This document shows positions 18,819 to 28,011 of a stretch of 64,000 nt of DNA, piece after piece. Both the position numbers and the translations under genes were made by a program. The notes beneath the pieces were generated by a model. It was not told the DNA's origin, ran no database searches, and saw nothing but the letters and a program-made list of their open reading frames with translations. Numbering within the stretch: position 1 is the stretch's first letter; every line of letters starts with the position of its first letter. This DNA comes from a virus: positions 1 to 64,000 of IMG/VR virus record IMGVR_UViG_3300005563_000029. The stretch is one strand, 5' to 3'.

Positions 18819-20042
18819 TCAGTAGGCGAGGTAGACGTTGTTCAGCACGACCGCGTTGATCGTGTACTGCGACCCGCCGGTCAGCGCGCGCGACGCCTCG
18901 TAGGTAAGCGTCGACATAACCACGTCGTCGAACTTCACGTCGGAGCCGAACTTGCTCAGCACCACCTGCGGCTGGTTGATAGTGATCGAGCCGCCATTCG
19001 TCGGATGCGCCAGCGTGAAGGAGTACGCGCCGAGCGTCTGGTTCGCCATCCGGCTGAAGTCCCCGTAGGTCGAGTCATCCAGCGACGACCACACCAGGTC
19101 GATCGCGCCGGACGTGTGCAGACTTACCGGCGTCAGGAAACTCGGCCCGTGCTGGCCGGAGTAGGTGTACGTCTCCTTGACCGCGTTGTCGATGCTGACC
19201 GTCGTGTTGGTGACGTCGTTGCGGGTGCCGCCGAAAACCGTCAGCGCCGCCTCGGTGAAGACGTATGGCAGCTCGTTCGCCACGCTCGGCGAAGTCGGCG
19301 AGTCCAGGACAGCGACCGACCGGCCCATCATGTCCGCCGAGATTTCCACCGCAGTGTTCCCCACTGGCGCCTTCAGGTCGAACTTGTTCACCCGGCAGCC
19401 AGCGAACTGCAAGCTCTGGTAGCCGCCGATGATCTTCTCGACAGTCAGCGACGGCAACGAGTTTGCCTGGTTGATCGTGTGCGTGAACGGGGCCACCACC
19501 ACGTTCACGGCGACGCCGTTCGCATGGTTGTAAGTCCAGTTCGAGTCGACCGTGCCGGCCGTGCCAACAAGCGTTGCGATCTTCCGGCACTCAGTCGTAG
19601 TCGGGGTTCCCGGCGCGTTCACATCCACCTGGATGATCGAGCCGACGGCATAGCCGGAGGCGGATGCCAACGAGATGTTGTTCGTGTTGGCGGTGATGCC
19701 GGACGCCAGCGTCGTCGCGGACGTCGGCGTCGAACCCGTCACGCCGTACCCGGGCGCCGCGTCCTGCCCGATAGACGCCACCAGCAGTTCCATCGCATTC
19801 GACGGAAAGATCGGGCCAGTGACTGCGCCGGCGAACTTCGCCTCGCCCTGCAGGTTGTAGATCTGCTTGTCCCGCAGACCCTGCATCAGCGTCGGCGAAA
19901 ACCAGCCCGGATCCTCATCCATCGTGTTCGCCGACATCGGCAGATACGCCGACGAAACTGCAGGGGTGCCGAAGGTCGCCTCTTTCGCGATCCCGGTAGC
20001 GGAGAGCGACCCAGGCCGCTCGGTGATCGTCGGGAAAGCCAC
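18819..20042 (-). CDS. Major tail tube protein
   Basis: GIAKEATFGT, LPSLTVEK and FAGCRVNKF tail-tube motifs. Confidence 0.85.
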   Translation of the reverse strand: MAFPTITERPGSLSATGIAKEATFGTPAVSSAYLPMSANTMDEDPGWFSPTLMQGLRDKQIYNLQGEAKFAGAVTGPIFPSNAMELLVASIGQDAAPGYGVTGSTPTSATTLASGITANTNNISLASASGYAVGSIIQVDVNAPGTPTTTECRKIATLVGTAGTVDSNWTYNHANGVAVNVVVAPFTHTINQANSLPSLTVEKIIGGYQSLQFAGCRVNKFDLKAPVGNTAVEISADMMGRSVAVLDSPTSPSVANELPYVFTEAALTVFGGTRNDVTNTTVSIDNAVKETYTYSGQHGPSFLTPVSLHTSGAIDLVWSSLDDSTYGDFSRMANQTLGAYSFTLAHPTNGGSITINQPQVVLSKFGSDVKFDDVVMSTLTYEASRALTGGSQYTINAVVLNNVYLAY

Positions 20043-20147
20043 GGTTCCTCCAAGCGGCGCGGATCAGCGCATGACGAAGCAGGCCGTCACCGAGCGGCGG
20101 CAGCCGAGAAGAGGGAAGAGAGGAAGGAGAAGCGGCCGAAACGAGGC

Positions 20148-20402
20148 CTACGCGGACACGTCCGGCTTCGCAGCCGTCTTGCGCGGCTTCGGCTGGGAAA
20201 CCTCCGCCGGCGCAGGCTCGGGATCCGCGGCAGAAGCATCCGCCGTCGCACCGGCCGGGGCGTCATCCACGTGCTCGAAGTCGGGGCGGCCGGCCACAAC
20301 CTCGGCGGCGACACCCGTCAGAACGTCACCCGGCTGAACCTCACCCAGCCACGGCAGCGCCACAAACGACAGGGGCTGCTGGCCACGGAAGATCTCACTC
20401 AC
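20148..20402 (-). CDS. Hypothetical virion-region protein
   Basis: GTGA coupling within the operon. Confidence 0.65.
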   Translation of the reverse strand: MSEIFRGQQPLSFVALPWLGEVQPGDVLTGVAAEVVAGRPDFEHVDDAPAGATADASAADPEPAPAEVSQPKPRKTAAKPDVSA

Positions 20403-20866
20403 TGTGGGCCTCCAAAGACACCGCTCATGATGGTGGAGAACGAATCCCGCAGCTCCGGGAGCAGCGGCTCGACCGCGCGCGACGCGAAATGATTCGATCG
20501 GGTGCCAGGGTGGTTCACCCGCTTAGCGAAAACCTGGCCGGCCGCGGCGGTAGTGAACGCCAGAGCCCGCTTGTTACGCGGCACGATCATGTGGGGTCGG
20601 GTGCCGTCCACCACGAACGGCACATACGGCAGCGGCGACCCGAACTGAATCACCACAGACCCGGCCCGCGACGTGGTGCGCTGGGTGATTGAACCCTTCA
20701 ACTTCCCGGCGTTCCTGCCCTGGCCAATCGGAGCCTTGTTCTTGATCGCGGTACGGACCAGCGGGCGCGTCACGTTCGCCCACCGCGCGGCCCCGATCTT
20801 CCACGCCGCGTCGCCGCCGAGCCGCGGCGGAGGCTCTGTGAACGTAAAACTCATGAAGCTGCTCAC
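20399..20866 (-). CDS. HK97 gp10-like neck/tail completion protein
   Basis: APIG..GKLKGSI, YVPFVVDGTRPH, VNHPGT motifs. Confidence 0.8.
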   Translation of the reverse strand: MSSFMSFTFTEPPPRLGGDAAWKIGAARWANVTRPLVRTAIKNKAPIGQGRNAGKLKGSITQRTTSRAGSVVIQFGSPLPYVPFVVDGTRPHMIVPRNKRALAFTTAAAGQVFAKRVNHPGTRSNHFASRAVEPLLPELRDSFSTIMSGVFGGPQ

Positions 20867-21372
20867 GCATGCACCGCCTCGTAAATGTCCACGCCGAGGC
20901 GAGCCGAGTAATACAGCATCTGCATCGACGCCGGCACGTGCTCCGGCGGGTACTCCAACTCGAAGTCCTCGCCGGTGTTCAAGATCTGCGACGACCCGTC
21001 CGGGATCACCTCCGGGTTCGTGCCGATCGTGTTGCCCAGCGGATCGATGAACGTTGGGATCTCTGTCTTCCAGTACGCCGCCATCACCGTGTCGACGATC
21101 GTGGGGAATTCCAGATCGTTGGTCTCCGGGTCAGGTGTCGTCTCGTATGCGAGGTAGACGTCGACCACCCACTGCAGACGCTTGAAGCCAGCGCGGCGTG
21201 GAGCGGTCTGCCGGTTGGCACGGAGGCGGGCACCCTGCACGATCGCGACCGGGCCGTCCAGGTCGCTCAACGTCGGCGGCGTCACGTAAGCCACGAGCGG
21301 TGCTGTCGCGCCGGGGATCAGCAGGCCGTCGATGATGTGCTTGCAATACAGTTGCACCGATGTCAGGGGCAT
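20863..21372 (-). CDS. Tail terminator-like protein
   Basis: Position and size in the head-tail module. Confidence 0.6.
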   Translation of the reverse strand: MPLTSVQLYCKHIIDGLLIPGATAPLVAYVTPPTLSDLDGPVAIVQGARLRANRQTAPRRAGFKRLQWVVDVYLAYETTPDPETNDLEFPTIVDTVMAAYWKTEIPTFIDPLGNTIGTNPEVIPDGSSQILNTGEDFELEYPPEHVPASMQMLYYSARLGVDIYEAVHA

Positions 21373-21425
21373 GATTCACCCCCAAACAGTCAGAGCACAG
21401 GGGCCGGTACTGCAGCGGGAGCAGG

Positions 21426-21560
21426 TCAAAAGCCCTTACGGAGGTTCGCACCGTGCGTGCGGGCACGCCTGCCAACCCGGATGTCCTTCGCCTTCTTCGC
21501 CTTCGCCGTCCGCGTCGAAGCCTTACGAACCCGGCCGTGATACGCAGCGTGCCGAACCAT
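21426..21560 (-). CDS. 44-aa highly basic peptide
   Basis: GAGGGAG RBS before ATG 21560; Arg/Lys-rich. Confidence 0.55.
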   Translation of the reverse strand: MVRHAAYHGRVRKASTRTAKAKKAKDIRVGRRARTHGANLRKGF

Positions 21561-21576
21561 CGTGGAACTCCCTCGG

Positions 21577-22518
21577 CTAGACGATCCTGCGAAACGGTTC
21601 GAGCAGCAGCTCCCAATGAGTCTGCAACTCCTCAACACTGGTGCCGCTCGACTGCTCCGAACCCGGCAGCGTCTGAATCGTGATCGCCGTAATCCCCGAC
21701 GTCAGCGCCTGCGTCATCGCCGCCATCACAGTCGCCCACATCACATTCGCCGGCAGCGCCGACACCACCACACCCTGCGTGTGCTGATACGTCAGCGGCG
21801 ACGTCAACGTCACCGTGCCCGGCCCCGTCTGCGCCGTCCCCACCCCGTTCGGCAACGGTAACGGCGAATCCGCCGACACCGACAACACCGACACCGGCTC
21901 AGTCTGCCCGCCGTCATACACGAAACCCGACGCGCCGGCCCAGCCAGTCACATCGTCCACATACAGCGTCTGCGCGTTCTGCGCCGCCGTCGCAGTCAAC
22001 GACGTATGCGGCCAGCCGTTCGTGTACGACACCAGCAGCCGCAGATAGTTGCGCCCGCAACCGCGGGCCAGAACCCCCGGCGCCAACAGAATCGACGACC
22101 CGCCGTCCGGCCCGTCGGCCGCGGCCGTGTCCGTGGCCACGTTGATCAGCGGATGCTCGATCTCGTACTGCGACGACGGCACCTGAGTCCACTGCCGCGG
22201 GAACAGCCGGTTCGGCGACGTCTGCACCGCCAGCACTTGCGTCACCGGCCAGCGGCGCATAACCAGCTGGCCGATGTCGGTGTTGGGCTGAAAACCGACG
22301 CGCAGACCCGGGCCGGTCAACTCCTCGGTGTTGATCGTGGAGCGGAGAGGCTGGTTGGCGTAGGTGTCGATCATGGAGGTCGCCCGCCACGCGACGTTCG
22401 TGGCCTCCGCCTCGACCTCCTTCTGGGAGGCCTTCGGATTCGGGATCAATCGCCAGCTCACACCCGTGGGTGCGGAGAAGAGCATAGGGACGTTGACATA
22501 GGGCGTGCCTAGACCCAC
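21577..22518 (-). CDS. Head-to-tail adaptor
   Basis: ATSMIDTYANQPL, VSYTNGW and LLEPFRR connector motifs. Confidence 0.75.
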   Translation of the reverse strand: MGLGTPYVNVPMLFSAPTGVSWRLIPNPKASQKEVEAEATNVAWRATSMIDTYANQPLRSTINTEELTGPGLRVGFQPNTDIGQLVMRRWPVTQVLAVQTSPNRLFPRQWTQVPSSQYEIEHPLINVATDTAAADGPDGGSSILLAPGVLARGCGRNYLRLLVSYTNGWPHTSLTATAAQNAQTLYVDDVTGWAGASGFVYDGGQTEPVSVLSVSADSPLPLPNGVGTAQTGPGTVTLTSPLTYQHTQGVVVSALPANVMWATVMAAMTQALTSGITAITIQTLPGSEQSSGTSVEELQTHWELLLEPFRRIV

Positions 22519-22573
22519 GGTGCCACCCCCTCAACGCTTTAAGCTGGCGCTGAACGCGAGAACGGCAGAGAGG

Positions 22574-23020
22574 TCAGGACTCGTCGGAAGTTGCGGACTT
22601 TGCCGTCCTGCCGCCGCGGCCCCGAGTGGACGACGACTTCGCCGCAGTCTCGGCCGGAGGCTTCGGCTCGGACTCGCCCTTCGGCTGCGCCGGTTCCGTG
22701 TCGGTTGCCACACCGGACGGAACCTCGGTAGCCGGCGGTGCCACGCCCAGCGCCTGCGCCAGCAGCGACGTCACCGCGCCCTGGCCCTCGCTCATCCGCC
22801 GCAACTCCGCCAACAGCGTCGCCGGATCCCGCAGCCGATCCAACTCCTCCGCGGCCAGCCGCAACGCCCGCTCGTCCTCAGACTCCCAGCCTGGCCGGCC
22901 ATGAAGCTTCGCGTACATCGCATCCGGCAGACCATCGAACGCGCCGGTCGCGTCAGGAGTGAACGAACCAAACTCCGGGTCGTCGACCTGTGTCGCGCCC
23001 GTCTTGCTGTAGAGGCGCAT
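22574..23020 (-). CDS. Hypothetical head-region protein
   Basis: AAGGAG RBS; within the structural operon. Confidence 0.7.
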   Translation of the reverse strand: MRLYSKTGATQVDDPEFGSFTPDATGAFDGLPDAMYAKLHGRPGWESEDERALRLAAEELDRLRDPATLLAELRRMSEGQGAVTSLLAQALGVAPPATEVPSGVATDTEPAQPKGESEPKPPAETAAKSSSTRGRGGRTAKSATSDES

Positions 23021-23058
23021 GGCGCTCCTTCAGGTAGGGAAGCCGGTCGGCTTCGGAA

Positions 23059-23760
23059 TCAGGTGACGATGACGAGCGGCGTTGTGCCGACCGTCGTCGG
23101 CGTTGCGATCGTCGCCGGCGCCGTAGTAGTCAGAGCACTGCCCGACGTCTGCGACAGCACCTTCAGCCCCGACACCACCGCCCCCGACGCCACAGCGTTC
23201 ACCGATGCGCCAACCAGCGAAGGCGGAGTAGTTGCCGTCACCATGCACGCCGCGTAGTAGATGCCGGTCGTCGTTACCGCATACGGCGACGCCAGCGCCA
23301 CGGTCTTCGCCGTGGACGCAGCCCACGCTGCGTTCGCCTGGTCCGCAGTCTGCGCCAGCAGCGCCGGAGTTCCGGCCGTCGAATACAGCGCGAACCACCA
23401 GTGCGTCGGCGTACCAGCCGCCGTCGAGCCGGAGGTGAACGTCAGGTTCGTTACCGTGTCGCCCGCGTACAGCAGGATCGCGGTCGACGTCATCACGCCC
23501 GTCGCCAGCGCCGACAAGTCCGTGCCTGCCTGGCTGCGGTGGATGTTCGACCGCATGAACGCCGGCGCGCCGGACAGGTAGTACTCCAGTTGGCTCATGT
23601 ACGCCTGCTGGGCCTGGGGAACGTCGGTCGGGGACACGCCCGCAGCCAGCCCAGTGATCTTGTTGGACCCCATGGCGATCGCACCCTGCATGGTGCCGCC
23701 GGTGATGGGCAGAGTGTCGGCGTAGGCGGCGATCACGCCGTCGTTCGGGTTGGACATCAA
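23059..23760 (-). CDS. Head decoration/fiber-like protein
   Basis: LPITGGTMQG..MGSNKITGLA fiber repeat; follows the capsid gene. Confidence 0.65.
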   Translation of the reverse strand: MMSNPNDGVIAAYADTLPITGGTMQGAIAMGSNKITGLAAGVSPTDVPQAQQAYMSQLEYYLSGAPAFMRSNIHRSQAGTDLSALATGVMTSTAILLYAGDTVTNLTFTSGSTAAGTPTHWWFALYSTAGTPALLAQTADQANAAWAASTAKTVALASPYAVTTTGIYYAACMVTATTPPSLVGASVNAVASGAVVSGLKVLSQTSGSALTTTAPATIATPTTVGTTPLVIVT

Positions 23761-23791
23761 CGCTCCCGGAACGTCCTGGGGGTGGGCATGC

Positions 23792-23822
23792 GAAAGGCCG
23801 AGGCGGGAGAGCCTCGGCCTTT
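23792..23822 (-). terminator. Intrinsic terminator after the capsid gene
   Basis: AAAGGCCGAGGC...GCCTCGGCCTTT stem with TTTCGCATG tail on the minus strand. Confidence 0.75.
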
Positions 23823-23854
23823 GTGGAGAGAAACAGCCAGCCTGACGTGGCGTT

Positions 23855-25342
23855 TTACGCCACGTTGGACAAGATGCCTGCGGCCAGAGGCGCCCTGTTC
23901 AAGAAGGCCCCGACCGAGCGGATCTCAAATTCCTTACGCGGCCCGCCGCCCGCGGTGTTCGCAACCCGGGAGATCCCGTAGTCGAACTGCGCGGTGTCCC
24001 GCAGCGCCCTGTACTCCAGCACCGTGGAGATGTTCGCCTGCGGGAACGGAACCCTGTCGCTGCGAGCGATGATGGTGCCGGGCGGCAGCGACACGTGGAC
24101 CTCGATCGGCACGGTGACGCCGCCGGCGGGGGCGTTGACGATCTCGCCGACCCGACCGCCCGCGGTCACGGAGATACGGCCGGATGCGTCGGTGTTCAGG
24201 AACGTGGTCGCGGAGCTGGAGCCGAGGACGAGGTTGGCGATCTCCTGTGCCTGCGCGGCGTTCATCATCAGCGCGGTAGGGGAGCACTTGACCTGGTTCC
24301 ACAGCGGCAGGAACAGCTTGTTCTCGATCTCGTTGACCGAGCCGCCGGACAGGGTGAGAGCGGCGCCGTCGAGGCTGCTGAACACAGCCGGGTTGGTGGT
24401 GGCGGTGCCAGGCTGCACCCACTGGCCGGTCGAGGAGTAGTCGCCGGTGAGGGACGCCATGAACCCGTCGTAGTCGTTGGCGTTGGCGGATCCGTTGTCG
24501 GCGGCACCGTTGTAGGTGGGGACCGCGTTGGCGGTGCCCTTCCAGGAGGTGGACAGGTCCGGCAGGGTCGTCGGCAGCGCGTTGTTCGACGAGATCGTCG
24601 AAGTGATCGTTGCGGTGTTGACGGTGGTGGTCGTGTAGTAGTACCAGGTGGTGCCGTCTGCGGAGTAGAACCAGTCGTAGCAGACGGCGCCGCGGACGGC
24701 GGGCACCGTGGCGGTGATGCTGTTGGTGCTGCCGGATCCGAAGGTGGTGGTCGCGGCGGCGCCCTGGCTGTTGCCGGAGCCGTAGTAGTAGCCGGAGCCG
24801 GTGCGGGCGGCGACGCCGATGTGGGGGGTGACGGCACCGATGGTGCCGCCGGTGGCGTGCTGGGTGAGTGTCGGTGCGGTGGTTGCGGCGAGGGCGAAGC
24901 TCTGGGCGCCGAGCAGCTTCCGGTCGTCGCCGATGAGGACCTGGTTGAGGACGTTGAAGGTGGCGACCGCATACGGGTCGGCGTATCCCTTGGCGAGGTC
25001 GAACGCGTCCTGGGTGACGAGGCCGGCGAGGCCGGTGGGCTTGTACTTGGCCTGGAAGTCCTGCTCGCTGAACACGGCTTCGTTGGCGGCGTAGTCGAAG
25101 CCCATGGAGGGGTCGGGCTGCGAGTTCGTCAGGTTCATGATCGCGCGCCAGACGGCCATCGGGTTGCCGTCGGGGCTCTGCTTGCGCGCGACGTGGTCCC
25201 GGAACGGGGTGACGACCGGGATGAGGGTGACGAGTTCGGACAGGTCGTAGCTGTAGATGCCGGTCGACTCGAGGATGCCGGTGGTCTGCGCCTTGGTGAT
25301 GGCGGCCAGGGTTTCCTCGGTGACGTCTTGCATGGTGCTCAA
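23855..25342 (-). CDS. Major capsid protein
   Basis: Follows scaffold; YDLSELVTLIPVVTPFR, IEVHVSLPPGTI and APLAAGILSNVA motifs; internal Thr-rich insertion. Confidence 0.85.
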   Translation of the reverse strand: MSTMQDVTEETLAAITKAQTTGILESTGIYSYDLSELVTLIPVVTPFRDHVARKQSPDGNPMAVWRAIMNLTNSQPDPSMGFDYAANEAVFSEQDFQAKYKPTGLAGLVTQDAFDLAKGYADPYAVATFNVLNQVLIGDDRKLLGAQSFALAATTAPTLTQHATGGTIGAVTPHIGVAARTGSGYYYGSGNSQGAAATTTFGSGSTNSITATVPAVRGAVCYDWFYSADGTTWYYYTTTTVNTATITSTISSNNALPTTLPDLSTSWKGTANAVPTYNGAADNGSANANDYDGFMASLTGDYSSTGQWVQPGTATTNPAVFSSLDGAALTLSGGSVNEIENKLFLPLWNQVKCSPTALMMNAAQAQEIANLVLGSSSATTFLNTDASGRISVTAGGRVGEIVNAPAGGVTVPIEVHVSLPPGTIIARSDRVPFPQANISTVLEYRALRDTAQFDYGISRVANTAGGGPRKEFEIRSVGAFLNRAPLAAGILSNVA

Positions 25343-25364
25343 GGCGCTACCTCTTTCGGGCATG

Positions 25365-25399
25365 CGAAAGCCCCCGGCGCCGTGGGCGTCTCGGGGGCT
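25365..25399 (-). terminator. Hairpin/terminator between scaffold and capsid genes
   Basis: AGCCCCCG...CGGGGGCT stem with TTTCGCATG tail. Confidence 0.6.
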
Positions 25400-25430
25400 G
25401 GGGTTTGTGGAGGAGGTGGTGCTCGCGGGG

Positions 25431-27431
25431 TCAGCCGCGCCGGGCTTCCTGCTGCATCTGCTGGAAGCGGGCGATGGCCATCTCCTGCATCTGGTCGCCG
25501 AGCTGCTTCTTCTCTCGGGCGTCGTCGGATGCGTTGAAGCGGGCCTTCAGGAGTGCGCCCTGGCTAATGTCGGTGGTGACTCCGCGGTCCTGTCCGCGCA
25601 TCTGGTGCTGCGGAGGGATGGCGCCGTTGCTGGCGATGGCCATGACGGCGGGGGCGTTCTCGAGGATGGCCAGCCGCTCTTCGTAGTTGGCGGCCTGCTT
25701 GGTCAGCGCCTCGGTGAGTGCCTGGTTCTGCTCCTCCAGCGCCCGCTTCTGGTCTTCCAGCCCCTTGACGACGTCCGCCTGTCCGGCGCTGTAGTCGTCG
25801 AGGGCTGCCTTGACCATTGCCTGGACGTCGCTGCTCTTGAGCATCGTGGTCGGCACGGTGTCGGTGTTTTCGGTGGCCTTGGCGACGTTCGAATCGTCGT
25901 CAGCCTGTACGGCGTCGGCGGGGGTGCCGACGGTGGCGGCCGGTGCGGGCGCCAGGTCTGTGGGGGTGGTGCCGTCGTCGCCTGCGTCTGCGGCGGCCAT
26001 GGCTGCGTTGTCTGCGGGGGTGCCGTCGCCGTCGTCGGTTCCGGCGTCGGTGCCGGTTTCCGTGGCGGCCGGGGCCTTTGCGGACGTGAGCCGGGTGACG
26101 TCGCCGGGGTCAACGGTGCCGACGAGGTTGCCGTCGGCGTCGTAGATGGCCATCTGCTCCGGCTTGTCGGCCTTCTTGGCTGGCACGTCGTCGGCCTTGG
26201 TCATTTCGGTGACGGCCTGGCCGGCGACGGGCTTGGGTTCGGCCTGCGCGGTTCCCATGGCCGGCTCCTGGCCGGATGCGGCGGTGACAGTCTCGGTCGG
26301 GGTGGGAGTGTCCATGTTCGGCTCCTCGTTGGCGGTCTTGGTGACCGGCATCCCGGCCTCGGTGGGTTCGGACGCAGCGGGTGCCTTCGGAAGCGAGGCC
26401 AGGACCTGCTGTAGGGACTGGAGCGCGGCTCGCAGCGCGGCTTCGTTGGCGGACGACAGGGTCCGGCCGGCCTTGGTGAGCGGCGCGAACGCTTCGACGG
26501 TTTCGAGCGGTGCGGTGTCGAAGTTGCCGAGTGCCTTGCCGAGCATTTCCATCTCGGCGGTGCCGCAGTCGGCTTCGGCCTGCTCGTCGACTGCGAAGGG
26601 GGCGAGAACGCTGATGGCGTAGTCGATGGCGCAGGCAGCGTCGGACAGGTCCATGGCGTGCTCGGCGTCGTCGGGGTCGACGGTGACGGCTTCGAGGTTT
26701 TCCCGGTCGGCCATGGCTTCGAGGGCGGAGCGGGCGCGGGCGAGGAGTGCGGTCCATTTGCGGGCGGTGGCGGCGTCGATTGCTTCCCAGGCGGGGGAGC
26801 CGGGGTCGGCGGGGTCGCCGGGCGCGTCCATTTCGGGTTCGGCGAGGATCACGGTGGGGTCCATGCCGTCGTCGTCCATCTCCATCGCACCCATGTCCTT
26901 CTCCACGTCGATCTTGAACTTCTTGGCGGCTGCCCGAATCTTCGGCATGGCCTTGTCGCCGAACGGGGACTGCGGCGCGCGAGACAGGGCGTTGCGGACG
27001 TGCGCCTCGTCGTAGATGGGGAAATGCCGCAGCGACCGGGGAACGGTCTTGCCGGACTCGTCCTTCTCGCCGCCAGGTTCGACGTAGGCGAAGTCGGAAT
27101 CGGGCCGGTCGTTCATGGTCGCGGTGGAGGCTTCGGCCTTTTCGACGTCCGCGGCCGGCGCCGACTCGGCCTTCCGAACCGCAGCAGCGTGGATCATCTC
27201 GGCGATCGCGGCAGGGCTGCCGGTCATGGTCACCGTCTCCTGGGGCTTGGGTTCGGGTTCGGCCTTGGTGATCAGCGAGCGCACGTAGTCGGCGTTGAGG
27301 AGCCCAGCGGCGGAGCCGTCCTGTTTGGCGATGAGGAACGGGATGCCGTTCGCGCCTTTGCCGACCAGGTCCACGCGGGGGACGTCGGCGTCGTAGAGCT
27401 CGGTCATGCCTTCGGGGATGGGTTCGGCCAC
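25431..27431 (-). CDS. Scaffold/capsid maturation protein with DUF6582-like domain
   Basis: Acidic, low-complexity; RHFPIYDEAHVRNALSR domain; KAGRTLSSANE motif; C-terminal coiled coil. Confidence 0.75.
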   Translation of the reverse strand: MAEPIPEGMTELYDADVPRVDLVGKGANGIPFLIAKQDGSAAGLLNADYVRSLITKAEPEPKPQETVTMTGSPAAIAEMIHAAAVRKAESAPAADVEKAEASTATMNDRPDSDFAYVEPGGEKDESGKTVPRSLRHFPIYDEAHVRNALSRAPQSPFGDKAMPKIRAAAKKFKIDVEKDMGAMEMDDDGMDPTVILAEPEMDAPGDPADPGSPAWEAIDAATARKWTALLARARSALEAMADRENLEAVTVDPDDAEHAMDLSDAACAIDYAISVLAPFAVDEQAEADCGTAEMEMLGKALGNFDTAPLETVEAFAPLTKAGRTLSSANEAALRAALQSLQQVLASLPKAPAASEPTEAGMPVTKTANEEPNMDTPTPTETVTAASGQEPAMGTAQAEPKPVAGQAVTEMTKADDVPAKKADKPEQMAIYDADGNLVGTVDPGDVTRLTSAKAPAATETGTDAGTDDGDGTPADNAAMAAADAGDDGTTPTDLAPAPAATVGTPADAVQADDDSNVAKATENTDTVPTTMLKSSDVQAMVKAALDDYSAGQADVVKGLEDQKRALEEQNQALTEALTKQAANYEERLAILENAPAVMAIASNGAIPPQHQMRGQDRGVTTDISQGALLKARFNASDDAREKKQLGDQMQEMAIARFQQMQQEARRG

Positions 27432-27441
27432 GACTCAGCTC

Positions 27442-28002
27442 CTATGGCGTGCCGGCACGGTTGGGGTCCCGGCGTTTCGCCCCGCCTTGCGGAGACAGGC
27501 CGCCGATCTTGCCCTGCTTGTAGAGGGACCAGCCTTCGTCGTTGACGAGGACACCGAGGGTCCAGTCGCCCTTCCGGATGATCAGGTCGTCGTTGATGAC
27601 CCACGGGATCGGGTTCCGGTAGATCCCTGACTCGACGGTCTTTGCGATGCCCTCGGTGCCGTCGGTATGGAACAGCCCGTTCTGGTGGCCGCCGAGCATG
27701 AATGACCAGGCGGCTTTTTCCAGCTCCCGCGGGGTGAAGTAGTCCAGGCCGCCGTCGGCGCCTCTCTGGATCCGTGGGTCGGGGCCGGCTTGGTAGGCGA
27801 CGCCGTACAGGAACTGGTCTTCGGGCCCGTCTTGTGGCTCGTCTTCGCCGAGGGTTCCGGTGATGGTTCGCAGGATGTTCGACGCGGCCATGATGAGGCT
27901 GATGCCGGATGCGTCAGCTGCGGCCTGCAACCGGGCGATGGTGATGTGGGCCGGGTCGCCGTGGTCGTTGTCGAATTCACCGCACCCGCAGTCAAGACAC
28001 AC
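27442..28002 (-). CDS. XkdF-like prohead serine protease
   Basis: FLYGVAY, ELEKAAWSFM, GLFH, KGDWTLGV..W..KQGKIGGLSPQG motifs. Confidence 0.82.
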   Translation of the reverse strand: MCLDCGCGEFDNDHGDPAHITIARLQAAADASGISLIMAASNILRTITGTLGEDEPQDGPEDQFLYGVAYQAGPDPRIQRGADGGLDYFTPRELEKAAWSFMLGGHQNGLFHTDGTEGIAKTVESGIYRNPIPWVINDDLIIRKGDWTLGVLVNDEGWSLYKQGKIGGLSPQGGAKRRDPNRAGTP

Positions 28003-28011
28003 GATCGCCCC

